Source of the DNA: a virus
Taxonomy: Duplodnaviria; Caudoviricetes
DNA length: 44,451 bases
Strand: one strand, 5' to 3'
IMG/VR virus record: IMGVR_UViG_3300037522_000072
Coordinates: 1 to 44,451 of that record
Every line of letters starts with the position of its first letter. Within the stretch, counting starts at the first letter, position 1. The notes beneath the pieces were generated by a model that did not search any database, was not told the origin of the DNA, and worked only from the letters and a program-made list of their open reading frames with translations. The translations under genes and the position numbers were made by a program. Shown here in pieces: positions 26,438-36,209 of this stretch.

Positions 26438-27124
26438 CTATCCCGCGTACAGCCAAGCCGGCAACCCGAAGGGGATTTCCGGTGCGATCTCAGATGGGTT
26501 GTCAGTGAGCTGACCGGTAAGAGTCAGCATGTCGGTCATCTTCTCGTCGTACTCCGCTTTAGCTTCCTGGTGTCGTGGATCGCGGTCACGTCGCAACGCG
26601 CGATACTCCGCGTACGCATACACCAGATCATCCCAGCCTTCAGGGATGTCAAGTGTTGAACCATCTGAACCACCTTCAATGTCGATGATGGACGCGAGAC
26701 GGTAATAGGAAACGGTGATGGTGCCAGCGGTGGACGGGATCGGATAGAGCTGAATGGTAACGGTGGGAACGGTACCACGAAACGTCCACATAACCGGACG
26801 TGCTTGTGACTGTTCTTGACCAGTCCACCACACCGAATCCGCAACGTTGAAGTCGTAGAACTTGAGGGTGTAAACGGCAGTGTTTCCCGTCTCACGAAGT
26901 TCGACCTTACTTATGCGGATCATGTCGACGGGACCAGGGTAGGTGCCGTCACCCGCGGTGATCGCGATGTCGTCGGAGTCGCGAATGGATTCGGTCTTCC
27001 GGCTGACATCTTTGCAGCCTTCGTTGATGCACATACGGAGGAACGACTCGGACCAGTTGTCCTCTTCAGGCTCGTCTAGGCGCTCCCGGACCTCAGCCAA
27101 GGCTTCGGTCATCGTTGCCGGCAT
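26438..27124 (-). CDS. head-tail adaptor / tail tubular protein A-like
   Basis: 'EVRERLDE...W...L...INEG', 'IQLYPIPS', 'LVYAYAEYRA'; GGAGG RBS. Confidence 0.75.
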   Translation of the reverse strand: MPATMTEALAEVRERLDEPEEDNWSESFLRMCINEGCKDVSRKTESIRDSDDIAITAGDGTYPGPVDMIRISKVELRETGNTAVYTLKFYDFNVADSVWWTGQEQSQARPVMWTFRGTVPTVTIQLYPIPSTAGTITVSYYRLASIIDIEGGSDGSTLDIPEGWDDLVYAYAEYRALRRDRDPRHQEAKAEYDEKMTDMLTLTGQLTDNPSEIAPEIPFGLPAWLYAG

Positions 27125-27245
27125 CGGTCCTCCCTACGGATCACGGGGCGGCTCTGCGGCTCGATTCTGGCACCGGTCCTGCACCCGGTCAGTACCCCCA
27201 GGATCGGATTCGGGACGGGATGTGGCGCTCTAGCTCGAGTGGGGC

Positions 27246-27686
27246 TCACGGCTCGTTGACGACTTGGATCACGCGCCCGTCAAAGAAGTTCTCTGGTGTT
27301 GCTTCCTGAACGCTAATCGTGAAGAAGTCCTGAGGATCGAAGTTGATGGTGCTTCCACCACCCATGCGAATCTCCACCGTCATCGCGTACACCCCCGGCT
27401 TTACACCTTGAAGCCGAAGAAAGTTTGCAACCGCTTGGCGCGTACCGGGTGCAAAGGTAAACTTCGCGACCTTGTAAACATAGGTGCGAAGATCGTTACC
27501 GGTTAGGGTGATGCGAATAGCCATCTCATCTGCTGCCAACACCTGACCACTATCATCATTATCGGTAGGTGGATAAGGCTGATAGTTCGCCGGATAACCA
27601 GCCAGGTTACGAACGCGTCGGTAATCAGGTTGGTCGTTCTGATTTACCGGAAGACCCTGGTTGCCGGCGAAGAGAAGTAGCAACAT
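27246..27686 (-). CDS. tail-associated protein (MLLLLF start; beta-rich C-terminal half)
   Basis: TAATG overlap; C-terminal strands resemble the second half of a jelly-roll fibre domain. Confidence 0.6.
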   Translation of the reverse strand: MLLLLFAGNQGLPVNQNDQPDYRRVRNLAGYPANYQPYPPTDNDDSGQVLAADEMAIRITLTGNDLRTYVYKVAKFTFAPGTRQAVANFLRLQGVKPGVYAMTVEIRMGGGSTINFDPQDFFTISVQEATPENFFDGRVIQVVNEP

Positions 27687-28318
27687 TAGAGCCTGGTGAT
27701 GGTGAAGTCTGCACGAAGATCAGATGAGGAAGCTGCGGTATAGGCGCCCTGAGCCACGAAAGCAACTTTGAGGGTTGTGCCAGTACCGGGGGGAGCAAAC
27801 CCCATATCGACCACCTTCGTCGCCACCGCGTTATCAACGAAGGTTGTCCAATCCGTCGTGAGGATATGAATGACACCCAATATGAAAAGAGTGTCGGTGT
27901 CGGATGGATCGAAGGGCGCGTTATCCGTAACAGAGGGAGTGGCGGTATCATCGAACACCACCAAATCAATGGCAACCCCCTGTGCGGCTTTATCAACGAC
28001 AGTTACCGTGTGTATGATGCCGGCCGGTTCTGCGCCCTGTGAAGTCGCGCTCATGGTTGGGATGCTGGTACCAAGATGATCTCCCGCCGCGTACGCCGCG
28101 GCGACCAAAGTTGGTACGGCAGTACATCTAACCATGTTGGTACGAGAAGCTGTATAGACGGCTACACCCTCCACACCAAGAGAGCGTCCGGCAAGATCAC
28201 CACTATTGGTCCCGTTGGGTCCAAGAGCTACCTTGACGCGCTGGAAGTGAACGCTACCAATATCGTCAGTCGCGATATCCGTGGTGGTTCCAGGGTCAAT
28301 TGCAACATTATCGGCCAT
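27686..28318 (-). CDS. structural protein (MADNVAI... type)
   Basis: AGGAG RBS; A/T/D/G-rich beta protein in the tail module. Confidence 0.65.
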   Translation of the reverse strand: MADNVAIDPGTTTDIATDDIGSVHFQRVKVALGPNGTNSGDLAGRSLGVEGVAVYTASRTNMVRCTAVPTLVAAAYAAGDHLGTSIPTMSATSQGAEPAGIIHTVTVVDKAAQGVAIDLVVFDDTATPSVTDNAPFDPSDTDTLFILGVIHILTTDWTTFVDNAVATKVVDMGFAPPGTGTTLKVAFVAQGAYTAASSSDLRADFTITRL

Positions 28319-28326
28319 ACGTGCTC

Positions 28327-28995
28327 CTAAGCCTCATCAGGTAAGAGGAAAGCAGACAAACTCACCCGGACAATCACATCACTATAATTCTCTGTCTTTT
28401 GCAACACGGCAACATTTGTCGCGCCAAACAGGGGAACGTAAGTAGTGCTATCGGTTGACCATGCTTCGGGCTCATGTACCCCATAATGAACATCGGGGTA
28501 AAAAGGAAGGTAGTTGGTCTGCCGTTCGATCTCGCGGGTGTTACGTGAAGAAAGATCGTTGGTACGCGCGCCAACTTCAAACCCAAGTCCAAAACCGCGC
28601 AGTGTGGATGGATCAAGTTGAGTGCCATCATTGTGGACACCTTCACCAGGGCCGTCATACTGCGCGCCGGCAGGAAGTCGAAAGCCGTACCGATGAAGAC
28701 CGTAACGGGGATCGTTCTCAATTGAGCCGGGGTTCTTCGCGCCATACGCGGCTGAACGACCTAGACGACGATTCAAGTCGAAAGTGGACTTGTTGGGTTT
28801 GTCGATACCGGGGATGCGACCCGTTGGCATCGACACCGACTGCCTTACCTGTTGTTGATCTTGGTTCATACCACGCGATCCAACAGGACCGATCGGCATG
28901 AGGTTGCGCATGGTACCAAGAGCTGATCCGACAGCGCGTCGAATCGCATCTCGAGGCATACCAATAGACAAACGTCGTGCTTCAGGCAGCGGCAC
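28327..28995 (-). CDS. tail-associated protein
   Basis: Follows the nozzle gene; ends in fibre-like strands STTYVPL...VIVRVSLSAF. Confidence 0.6.
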   Translation of the reverse strand: MPLPEARRLSIGMPRDAIRRAVGSALGTMRNLMPIGPVGSRGMNQDQQQVRQSVSMPTGRIPGIDKPNKSTFDLNRRLGRSAAYGAKNPGSIENDPRYGLHRYGFRLPAGAQYDGPGEGVHNDGTQLDPSTLRGFGLGFEVGARTNDLSSRNTREIERQTNYLPFYPDVHYGVHEPEAWSTDSTTYVPLFGATNVAVLQKTENYSDVIVRVSLSAFLLPDEA

Positions 28996-30772
28996 CGCGA
29001 CTCCCTGAATGAGTTTCCTGGAACCCTACTGTCGCGCGCAACACTGCCGGCGCAGCAACATCACCATCAAAGCCTTCAGAACCAAGCGAGTAGAGCGCGA
29101 GCTGAACGTCGTGAGATTCAACAGAGACTTCAAATCGACGCATGATCGGACGATCGGGGGAGTCGATGGTGATGGTCTTGACATCGGAGGACGCGCTCGT
29201 ACCGATCAGTTCACACGCGATTGATCCTTGACCTTGCACCATTACCACAACTTCACGCATCTTCAACATGCGATTGCGGGTACGTGCCAGAGGCTGTGAC
29301 TTCCATTGGAAGTATTGACCACCAATGGTTATGTCGTACCGATGCCAGATCGTTGTCTGATCCGAGTCGATGTAGCCGGGAACCGCGTACACGTTTCCAT
29401 TCATGGAAACGTGATAGGAGTGATACGAGAGTGAGTCGTCACCACCGGGCTCGAGGGTGAGGTTCGGATGAAGCCGGAACCATCCACCAGTACGCATGTC
29501 CAGAACCCAATTGTTCGGCGCGTACAGGAACGGGAATGAATAGTTGAATTGGCCGCGCGGTTGACCAATACGAAGAAACAGATCACTACTATCGTCTACT
29601 CGCCAGAACCATCCCTCGAGTTGCTTTGATAACTGTTCGGCCGTATCTCCACCGGACCACAACCAGACACCATAACGAGTCCCATACACATACCCCTTAT
29701 CTGTGACAACACCCAAGTTGGCGGCACCATACGTGCTAGGAACCCCAGGGTACCGGATTACGGTCGGGCGCTCGAAATCACCACGAACAACAACACCACC
29801 ACCACGTTCCTTCACGAAGAAGACTTCATTCGCGTTCATCGCGACCCATGATCCGTAACCGGTCGGATTCTCTTCAACGAGAATCGAACCAATGCGAACT
29901 CGAGTACCAAGCGGATCGTTCACTGGTGTCCACTGAAAGGCTTCGGATGATGGGAGAGTGCCAGACGCGCCAAAGTTGTAGCCGAAGATGTTGCCGAAAG
30001 ACAGAAACGATGCCCACTGCGCGTTATCTACAGCGATGATCCGACCCTGGTGGCAAATGATGAAGTTGCCGGCGAACCCATTATCAGTTGGATCGGAGAA
30101 GGATGTCTCGCCCCAAACGTCGGTGAATGGGTCGGTCTGATCGGGGAATATCTTGACAATGCCGGACTCCGGGTTGAACGGGTGGAGATGGGCAGCAAGA
30201 ATTGGAAAGCCGGGTTGACGGGGATCTTCCGGGTTATAACGCGTTGTTCCGAAAGACGCGTACCCGTAGAAGCCAAAGAAGTCCGGGTGGTAGATTGTGA
30301 GTTCACCGGATTCATAATCGAGATCGAAGGTGGTGGGCGTCTCGAGAAACTGCTTGTAGTACCTTACCTTCATCTTTGACTTCATTACGCCGTCGCCATC
30401 GTCGTCGTAAAACCAGTTGAAGGTGAGGAAAAGACCATCCGGGGTGGTCGCCGCCCATGGTGACGCAACACCTAAACCGTCAAACCCCTGTAACGGTGAT
30501 ATGATCGTTGACGCGAGAATTTGCGCGCGGGGGGAAGAGAATGGATAACGAGCTTCAACTGTGTCAAAGAGGGCTTGCGTCTTGATTTCAACAAGACGGG
30601 GAAGAGGCCATAATCCCCCACGAGGACCGGCGTAGCAACCATACGTACCATCCTCCTGTGCAGCACCATCCGGTGCAGCTTCTAAAGATGGCGTGGAGAA
30701 AGTGTTCGCATGGATGCCGGGTGTGAAATCAGAGAGTTCGATGTAGTCGGTTGCACCCTGACCCGCTGCCAC
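28982..30772 (-). CDS. tail nozzle / tail tubular protein B-like
   Basis: 596 aa, 'IELSDFTPGI' N-terminus, beta-propeller-like aromatic/Gly strands, 'WKSQPL...K.MREV'. Confidence 0.7.
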   Translation of the reverse strand: MAAGQGATDYIELSDFTPGIHANTFSTPSLEAAPDGAAQEDGTYGCYAGPRGGLWPLPRLVEIKTQALFDTVEARYPFSSPRAQILASTIISPLQGFDGLGVASPWAATTPDGLFLTFNWFYDDDGDGVMKSKMKVRYYKQFLETPTTFDLDYESGELTIYHPDFFGFYGYASFGTTRYNPEDPRQPGFPILAAHLHPFNPESGIVKIFPDQTDPFTDVWGETSFSDPTDNGFAGNFIICHQGRIIAVDNAQWASFLSFGNIFGYNFGASGTLPSSEAFQWTPVNDPLGTRVRIGSILVEENPTGYGSWVAMNANEVFFVKERGGGVVVRGDFERPTVIRYPGVPSTYGAANLGVVTDKGYVYGTRYGVWLWSGGDTAEQLSKQLEGWFWRVDDSSDLFLRIGQPRGQFNYSFPFLYAPNNWVLDMRTGGWFRLHPNLTLEPGGDDSLSYHSYHVSMNGNVYAVPGYIDSDQTTIWHRYDITIGGQYFQWKSQPLARTRNRMLKMREVVVMVQGQGSIACELIGTSASSDVKTITIDSPDRPIMRRFEVSVESHDVQLALYSLGSEGFDGDVAAPAVLRATVGFQETHSGSRGAAA

Positions 30773-30774
30773 TG

Positions 30775-31080
30775 TTACTCCTGAAGTGCTGTGATGAGAT
30801 ACGTACGTTCATCCTCGAGCGCCGCGATCTCCCCCTTCAAATCGAAGATAGGATTCGTCTGCTCGAGCACGGTGTACGCGCTGTGCTTCTCACGTTCACC
30901 AAGACTGCCATCAAGACCGAGGAATGTGGTGAGTTTCCCCGCGTGCTCTTGGCGAAGAAGAAGGAACAACTCAAGACGACGCGACGCGAGATCGTTGGTG
31001 AGGTCGCGTAGACGCTCGAGAAGTTCATCACGCGTGAGGCCGGGCGGGCAGTCATGCCACTTGCCATCGACGCTGAGCAT
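30775..31080 (-). CDS. hypothetical helical protein
   Basis: Fills operon gap, coiled-coil-like. Confidence 0.6.
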   Translation of the reverse strand: MLSVDGKWHDCPPGLTRDELLERLRDLTNDLASRRLELFLLLRQEHAGKLTTFLGLDGSLGEREKHSAYTVLEQTNPIFDLKGEIAALEDERTYLITALQE

Positions 31081-31086
31081 CGGGGC

Positions 31087-31812
31087 TCAGCTCACGTTGG
31101 AAGAAACGCGCGGGCCGACCTTCGTGGGCGGGGGAACATCGGCCGGAGGACCGGACTCGTCCTCAGGGTCTGGTAGTGGCGGTGTCATCGCGGGAGGGGC
31201 CGTTTGGGTGAGTGGGGAAGGACCGGACGGTTCCGATGTTGGAATCGCGGCTTCCCGCGGTGGTTGACCGGTGGTGTTGCCGGGGAACACTTGACTACCC
31301 GTGTCGTCCTGTGATGCGACAACGGCACTGGTGTCCTGTGGTGGTGTCTGTGCGACCGGTTCGGGATCGTTGACAGTGACAACCTGACGACCCGCGAGCA
31401 TCGCCTTGATCTCTGCGTTCTCCTTCTGCATGTCGAGAAGAAGCTTCATCATGTCACGGTCGTTGTCGTTGGAGAGGTTGACCGAGGCACCCTGCTCGTT
31501 GTATGGATCGTCGGCAACAGTGACAACACGCGTACCATCGAGTTTGTATGCCTCGAGCTTCGGTCGGCGTTCATCCCACTCACGATCATGTTCGTACACG
31601 CCGTACATCGCACGCAAACGCGTGAATTCATCGGTGCGATCACGCTGACGATCATTGACGTCGACCAGCGCCGGGTTTCCGAGCCAACGAGCCATTGCCT
31701 CAAACTCGACAATCTCGGACTCGCCAGGGAGAATGACCGTCTTCTCGTTGACGTACTTGCCAACGAACGGTTCAGTCCCGACGTTGTAGATGCGAATGAG
31801 ATTGAGTGCCAT
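31087..31812 (-). CDS. hypothetical head-associated protein with Pro-rich tail
   Basis: AGGAG RBS; position after capsid decoration genes. Confidence 0.65.
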   Translation of the reverse strand: MALNLIRIYNVGTEPFVGKYVNEKTVILPGESEIVEFEAMARWLGNPALVDVNDRQRDRTDEFTRLRAMYGVYEHDREWDERRPKLEAYKLDGTRVVTVADDPYNEQGASVNLSNDNDRDMMKLLLDMQKENAEIKAMLAGRQVVTVNDPEPVAQTPPQDTSAVVASQDDTGSQVFPGNTTGQPPREAAIPTSEPSGPSPLTQTAPPAMTPPLPDPEDESGPPADVPPPTKVGPRVSSNVS

Positions 31813-31854
31813 TGAAAACTCCTGATGGATTGTGGTGGCGCGGGATGGGAAGGG

Positions 31855-32343
31855 TCAGCCGCCCTTGGCAATCCACACTGGCGCGACGTCGAGTGCGCCA
31901 TCTTCGGTACCAATGAAGGTGCCGAGAGATGTGCCAACAACAACGGTGGCTGCTGGTGTGGTTGTGACGAGAAGGCCCTTTGTGGTCGAACCGAGAGCGT
32001 TGTCACCAACAACCGCGGACGTACCTGAGCCGATGTTGGCAAACGCGAATCCAAGCACCACAACACGAATTGACGTGTTTGACGCTGAAGCTGCGGCCGC
32101 GTCCAACGCGACACCGATACCAGACGTTGTGGTCTGACCCGACGCGTTGGTATCCCATGGTTCGACCTTCAACGTGCGAGCTGTCTCATCCCACAACGCC
32201 GAGGCCGCGTCCAATGCCGCAAACGCGACCGCGCCTGAAACGAGAAGATCGGCAGTCCATCGCGGCATGTAGGACTCTGCTGCGCGACCGGCCGACTCGT
32301 ACCCAAAAACGGGTACTCCTGGCGAAACGACTGCATCACCCAT
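31855..32343 (-). CDS. capsid cement/decoration protein
   Basis: 'IGVALDAAAA...VVVLG' pattern; A/G/T-rich; GGAG RBS. Confidence 0.65.
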   Translation of the reverse strand: MGDAVVSPGVPVFGYESAGRAAESYMPRWTADLLVSGAVAFAALDAASALWDETARTLKVEPWDTNASGQTTTSGIGVALDAAAASASNTSIRVVVLGFAFANIGSGTSAVVGDNALGSTTKGLLVTTTPAATVVVGTSLGTFIGTEDGALDVAPVWIAKGG

Positions 32344-32346
32344 AAC

Positions 32347-33027
32347 TCAAACTCCGATCGCGTGTCCGGTGAAGACGACCCCGGTGAGATCCGTGGTTGC
32401 CCTGATTTCTGACGTACTGGTGTCGATGTAGTAGATGGTGACGGTTGTTGACGCCAACGTGTTGAGTGCTCCGAAGTCCGAGCCGCCCGTGATGGTGACT
32501 CGAGGTGTGACTGCTGAAGCGAATCCATCTTCTGCGTCAGCCGCGATGGCCGACGACGCGACACGAATCGCGGTGAACACCGACTTGGTTGTGTCCGCCG
32601 AAAACCGGTCGAGATCACCGGAAACACCAACCTGAATGACGGCCGTGGTGTCACCCGACCATGCAACCGTGGTATTCGCCTCCCACCCGAGAATCAACGA
32701 CCGCGCCGGAATGGCCGTCGTGAAATCCATAAAGCCAGTCGCGTCAGTGTTGTCCGTCGCGCCGGCAAACGTGATGACTTCAGACACCTTCTGGATTGTG
32801 CCACGCGGATAGACCACAACCTTCGGAGCAGATGGTGAACCATTCCATTCTGGGATGTAATCAGTTGTCGGTGCCAACCGAAGGTCGGTGATGGTGGTGA
32901 GGCCGAGCCCGTTGGCGAGGATCGCGTCCCCACCCGCGGCATAGCTTGAGTCCATCGTCACGGTGACAAGGTTGAAGCGTCCACCAGCGCGGAGCTTTCC
33001 CTGATTTGTAACTGCTGCGGTTGACAT
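32347..33027 (-). CDS. capsid decoration / minor structural protein
   Basis: 'DSSYAAGGD...LGL' motif; directly after the major capsid gene; AGGAAGG RBS. Confidence 0.65.
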   Translation of the reverse strand: MSTAAVTNQGKLRAGGRFNLVTVTMDSSYAAGGDAILANGLGLTTITDLRLAPTTDYIPEWNGSPSAPKVVVYPRGTIQKVSEVITFAGATDNTDATGFMDFTTAIPARSLILGWEANTTVAWSGDTTAVIQVGVSGDLDRFSADTTKSVFTAIRVASSAIAADAEDGFASAVTPRVTITGGSDFGALNTLASTTVTIYYIDTSTSEIRATTDLTGVVFTGHAIGV

Positions 33028-33073
33028 GAACGTGCCTTCCTACGTATCAAGCCGATATGGAATGGCGGGGTGA

Positions 33074-34048
33074 TCAGGACGAGACGTTGGTGAGCTTGCC
33101 TTGACGAGCGCAGTTCGTGAGAACCAAGTTACCGGCCCACAAGAGCTTTGACACCATCGCGTCTTGGGTGATCGGCGTCTGGAAAGGCTCGAGGTAGAAA
33201 TCAGCCCGAGGCGACACCGCCCAATAGATGAAGTCTTCGTTGAGGAAGAGGATGGTGCTGTTCGATGCCGATGGGCCATCGAACATGTGGTCATCCACGA
33301 CCCACGGAACACCATTGAAGGTCTGGTTATCGAAGCCAGCCTGCGCGAGTTGTGTGTCGACGGCGCCAGGCTGCGTCGGGAACTCTTGGTTCACGACGTT
33401 CAGGTTCCAGAAGCGGTTGTACTGCTCCTGCCGGCTGAGGATGATGGTGGACGACTTGCCACCACGCTTCACCGTGCCAAAGTGCGACTGAAGAACCGGA
33501 AGTGTGAGGGCGGCCGACGTTGAATCGTCGGTGGAGTTCCACCAGGTATTCGCGGAACGTAAGATCCCGCCGTACGTGCCGAGCACACCCGCGTCGTCCA
33601 CGGCACCGGCCAACCCGTCGATGCTCTTGGTGTCGGTAACACCATTGGAATAGAGCCCCGTCGCGAGGATCTCAGCCATCTCCATCTCAGCCTGCACGAA
33701 GTATTGCGAGATGAAGTTGGCGATGGCTTCCGGGCTGTCGGTCTTGATGAGCGTGAGGCCATCGACGGTGACGTTGGTGTACGCCTGCTTCCAGTCGAAG
33801 GCCGCGTTCTTGATGGTGTCAGACGGCGCGACGTTCAAAACGTCCAGACCGCGATAGAAACCACCGGTCGCGAACCGCGAATACATCAGCGGAACCTCGA
33901 TCTGTGTTCCGCCGCGAACAACGCGCTTGTTGGCGCGGTTCAGACGGAAGAAGAGGACGTTCGCGGTGTAGATGTTGTCCACAATCTCCGGGAGAATGAA
34001 CCGGCGTGCGATCGCCGTGACGACGTTGGTTCCGATCGGGGTAGCCAT
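33074..34048 (-). CDS. major capsid protein (HK97 fold)
   Basis: 324 aa after scaffold; IVDNIY, GGTQIEVPL, IDGL, FNGVPWVVD, NCARQGKL; strongly GC3-biased codons. Confidence 0.88.
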   Translation of the reverse strand: MATPIGTNVVTAIARRFILPEIVDNIYTANVLFFRLNRANKRVVRGGTQIEVPLMYSRFATGGFYRGLDVLNVAPSDTIKNAAFDWKQAYTNVTVDGLTLIKTDSPEAIANFISQYFVQAEMEMAEILATGLYSNGVTDTKSIDGLAGAVDDAGVLGTYGGILRSANTWWNSTDDSTSAALTLPVLQSHFGTVKRGGKSSTIILSRQEQYNRFWNLNVVNQEFPTQPGAVDTQLAQAGFDNQTFNGVPWVVDDHMFDGPSASNSTILFLNEDFIYWAVSPRADFYLEPFQTPITQDAMVSKLLWAGNLVLTNCARQGKLTNVSS

Positions 34049-34060
34049 GTTTCGCTGCTC

Positions 34061-35320
34061 CTACTGCTGAGCCATTTGGGACTGACGGATCTCTTCGGCC
34101 ATTGCCGCCTGCTTCTGCGCCGGGGACATCTTCGACGGGTCGATCGGAGCGATGGAACGCGGGATCGCCGCCGCTGGCCCACCCAGCCTCGCGGCATTCG
34201 CGCGACGTGTCTGTACCTCTTGCGCCGAAACAGACTGTTGGGTGAGCTGAGCGTTGAGAGCTTGATCGCGATACTCAGGCGTCATCCAAAACGTGCGCTC
34301 GAGCGCGTCAACAACCGCGGCACGTGAATCGCCATTGTGCTGACGAATGAGCGCCGGAACGATCTGCATTTGCGCGGCACGTTGCTCGAGATCGGCAATG
34401 ACTTCCGGAGTGGCACCGGGGAACTTTGCTACGAAGTCCTCGCGCGCACCGCGAATCGACGCTTCCGTCTGAGACTGCTGTATCTGCGCGTACGACTGCT
34501 GAAGTTGTTGTTGACCTTGCTGTACTACCGCTGCCTGTTGGTTGGCAGCCTGGATGCGTTGTTCCTGTGAGGCCATGTAGGACGCGAGCCCAGGTGCGAA
34601 CTGATCGACAGCGGACCAGTCGATTGGCTGTGGTTGCTGAAACTGTGGAGCAGGTGTGTACGGTCCCGGTTGAGGCTGAGGCGCGTATGGAGACGGAGGC
34701 TGTGTGTAAGGCTGTGGGAGTTGGGGATAACCCTGACCCCCTGGCGCGAGGGGCGCGCCAGGGGGAGGGACCGCGCCACCACTAGCCGCGGGGTTGGGCT
34801 GAAGGACGTACGAACCATCCTTGAGCATCTCTTCGACCGAGCGGGTGTACTCGTAGGTCGCCGCGAGATGCTGAACCTGCTCCGCGGTGTAGACCTGATC
34901 CCCGATCTGGATGAACGAACCAGCCTCCGAAGTAGGAGGTTGAATCGTGCCAGGGGGTGTGAACTGTGGTTGCTGCGCGTCGGGAGCTGCCGGCGCGGGA
35001 GGTTGAAGTGGTGCTGTGGCGTCAGGTTGCGGAACCTGAACGTCGGACGGTTGCTGTGCGTCGGGAGGGGTCGCGGGTGTGAACTGCGCGCCCATCTTCT
35101 GCTCGGTGAAGAACTGTTCGATCTCTTGTTGATCCGCGAGAGGATCGGTGGAGTTCGCAACGCGATCGAGTGTCTCGTCACCAGTGTGAACCTCACCCGG
35201 AGGGACTTGGGTCTGTGCCGGGTTGATGACCGGGACGTCAGGGTCAGGTGCAGCGTTGCGCGCAGCCGCGGCCGCGTTCGGATCGACGTTGAAAGGATCG
35301 TTGCCGTTGACGTTGGACAT
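34061..35320 (-). CDS. scaffolding protein
   Basis: P/Q-rich then coiled-coil; directly upstream of major capsid gene; GAGGGG RBS. Confidence 0.7.
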   Translation of the reverse strand: MSNVNGNDPFNVDPNAAAAARNAAPDPDVPVINPAQTQVPPGEVHTGDETLDRVANSTDPLADQQEIEQFFTEQKMGAQFTPATPPDAQQPSDVQVPQPDATAPLQPPAPAAPDAQQPQFTPPGTIQPPTSEAGSFIQIGDQVYTAEQVQHLAATYEYTRSVEEMLKDGSYVLQPNPAASGGAVPPPGAPLAPGGQGYPQLPQPYTQPPSPYAPQPQPGPYTPAPQFQQPQPIDWSAVDQFAPGLASYMASQEQRIQAANQQAAVVQQGQQQLQQSYAQIQQSQTEASIRGAREDFVAKFPGATPEVIADLEQRAAQMQIVPALIRQHNGDSRAAVVDALERTFWMTPEYRDQALNAQLTQQSVSAQEVQTRRANAARLGGPAAAIPRSIAPIDPSKMSPAQKQAAMAEEIRQSQMAQQ

Positions 35321-35338
35321 GGTGGTGGTATCCCCTCG

Positions 35339-35731
35339 TTACTGAAGCATCCGACGAAACTCGTCGGGTGGTGGCATCTGCGGTTCTTGGCGCATACCAG
35401 GCATAGCGCCACCACCCATCAAACCGGGTGGCGGTGGACCCATCGCAGCGAGTTCGGGCGGTACTTGACCACCACCCATCGGACCCATCGCGGCCATTCC
35501 GCCCATCATGCCTGGGTCCATCGGTGGTGGTCCCGGTGGGATCTCACTGATGCCTTGCTGCGCGGCTGCTTCGTCAGGTCGGCGCGCGTACTCGATGATG
35601 GGTGCTTTGAGCGCGGCGACGAGTTGATCGTCAGCATCGGGAAGTAGCTCAGCGTCCGCGATCAATTTGTTGATCTTGGACAGAATCTCAGGGAACGTAT
35701 TGGTGGTCCTCTGAGCTGTCATCGGAGGCAT
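35339..35731 (-). CDS. hypothetical protein, Pro/Gly/Met-rich tail
   Basis: GGGGAG RBS; typical position between portal and scaffold. Confidence 0.65.
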   Translation of the reverse strand: MPPMTAQRTTNTFPEILSKINKLIADAELLPDADDQLVAALKAPIIEYARRPDEAAAQQGISEIPPGPPPMDPGMMGGMAAMGPMGGGQVPPELAAMGPPPPGLMGGGAMPGMRQEPQMPPPDEFRRMLQ

Positions 35732-35786
35732 AACTACTCCCCGCGCTTACAGGTGGATATGACGACGTGATGTGCGCGTGTGGGTG

Positions 35787-35933
35787 CTACTTGCCCTTGA
35801 CGGTGAGGTCGCGGGATTCGGCGCCACCCCGGCGCTTGGCCATCGAGTTCGCACCGTGCTTCGATGACTCGGTGTGACCGACCCGCTTCACGGATGCGCT
35901 GCCGGTGTTCGACTTGATCGGGTTCTGCGGCAT
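35787..35933 (-). CDS. 48-aa basic peptide (MPQNPIKSNTG...)
   Basis: Hand-translated; AAAGGGAG RBS. Confidence 0.65.
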   Translation of the reverse strand: MPQNPIKSNTGSASVKRVGHTESSKHGANSMAKRRGGAESRDLTVKGK

Positions 35934-36001
35934 GGTGGCTCCCTTTGTTGAGCTGGACGAATGCGACTACATCACAGCTCGAGCCCCGGCGTCACCACCC
36001 C

Positions 36002-36178
36002 CTAGTAGTCGTCGTCGGTAACGTGGCCACCACCGTTGTGAGGCTTGTAGACGCGATCGCAGTTGTCCTCGAATGGAACGCGACCATCACTGATGCGCTT
36101 CACGGCGAAGTCCTTGTTGCCACCTTCGTAGTTCGGAGGCATCGGGATCTCTTGGTCCTGTGAACTCATGTCACCCAT
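36002..36178 (-). CDS. 58-aa peptide (MGDMSSQDQE...)
   Basis: Hand-translated; GAAAGGA RBS. Confidence 0.65.
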   Translation of the reverse strand: MGDMSSQDQEIPMPPNYEGGNKDFAVKRISDGRVPFEDNCDRVYKPHNGGGHVTDDDY

Positions 36179-36209
36179 TGGTGTTCCTTTCGGTTGATTG
36201 GCACGAACA

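Noticed and set aside
34525-35647. Long alternative-frame ORFs (296 aa minus, 337 aa plus)
   Set aside because: Arg-rich shadow frames of the GC3-biased scaffold gene, with no RBS
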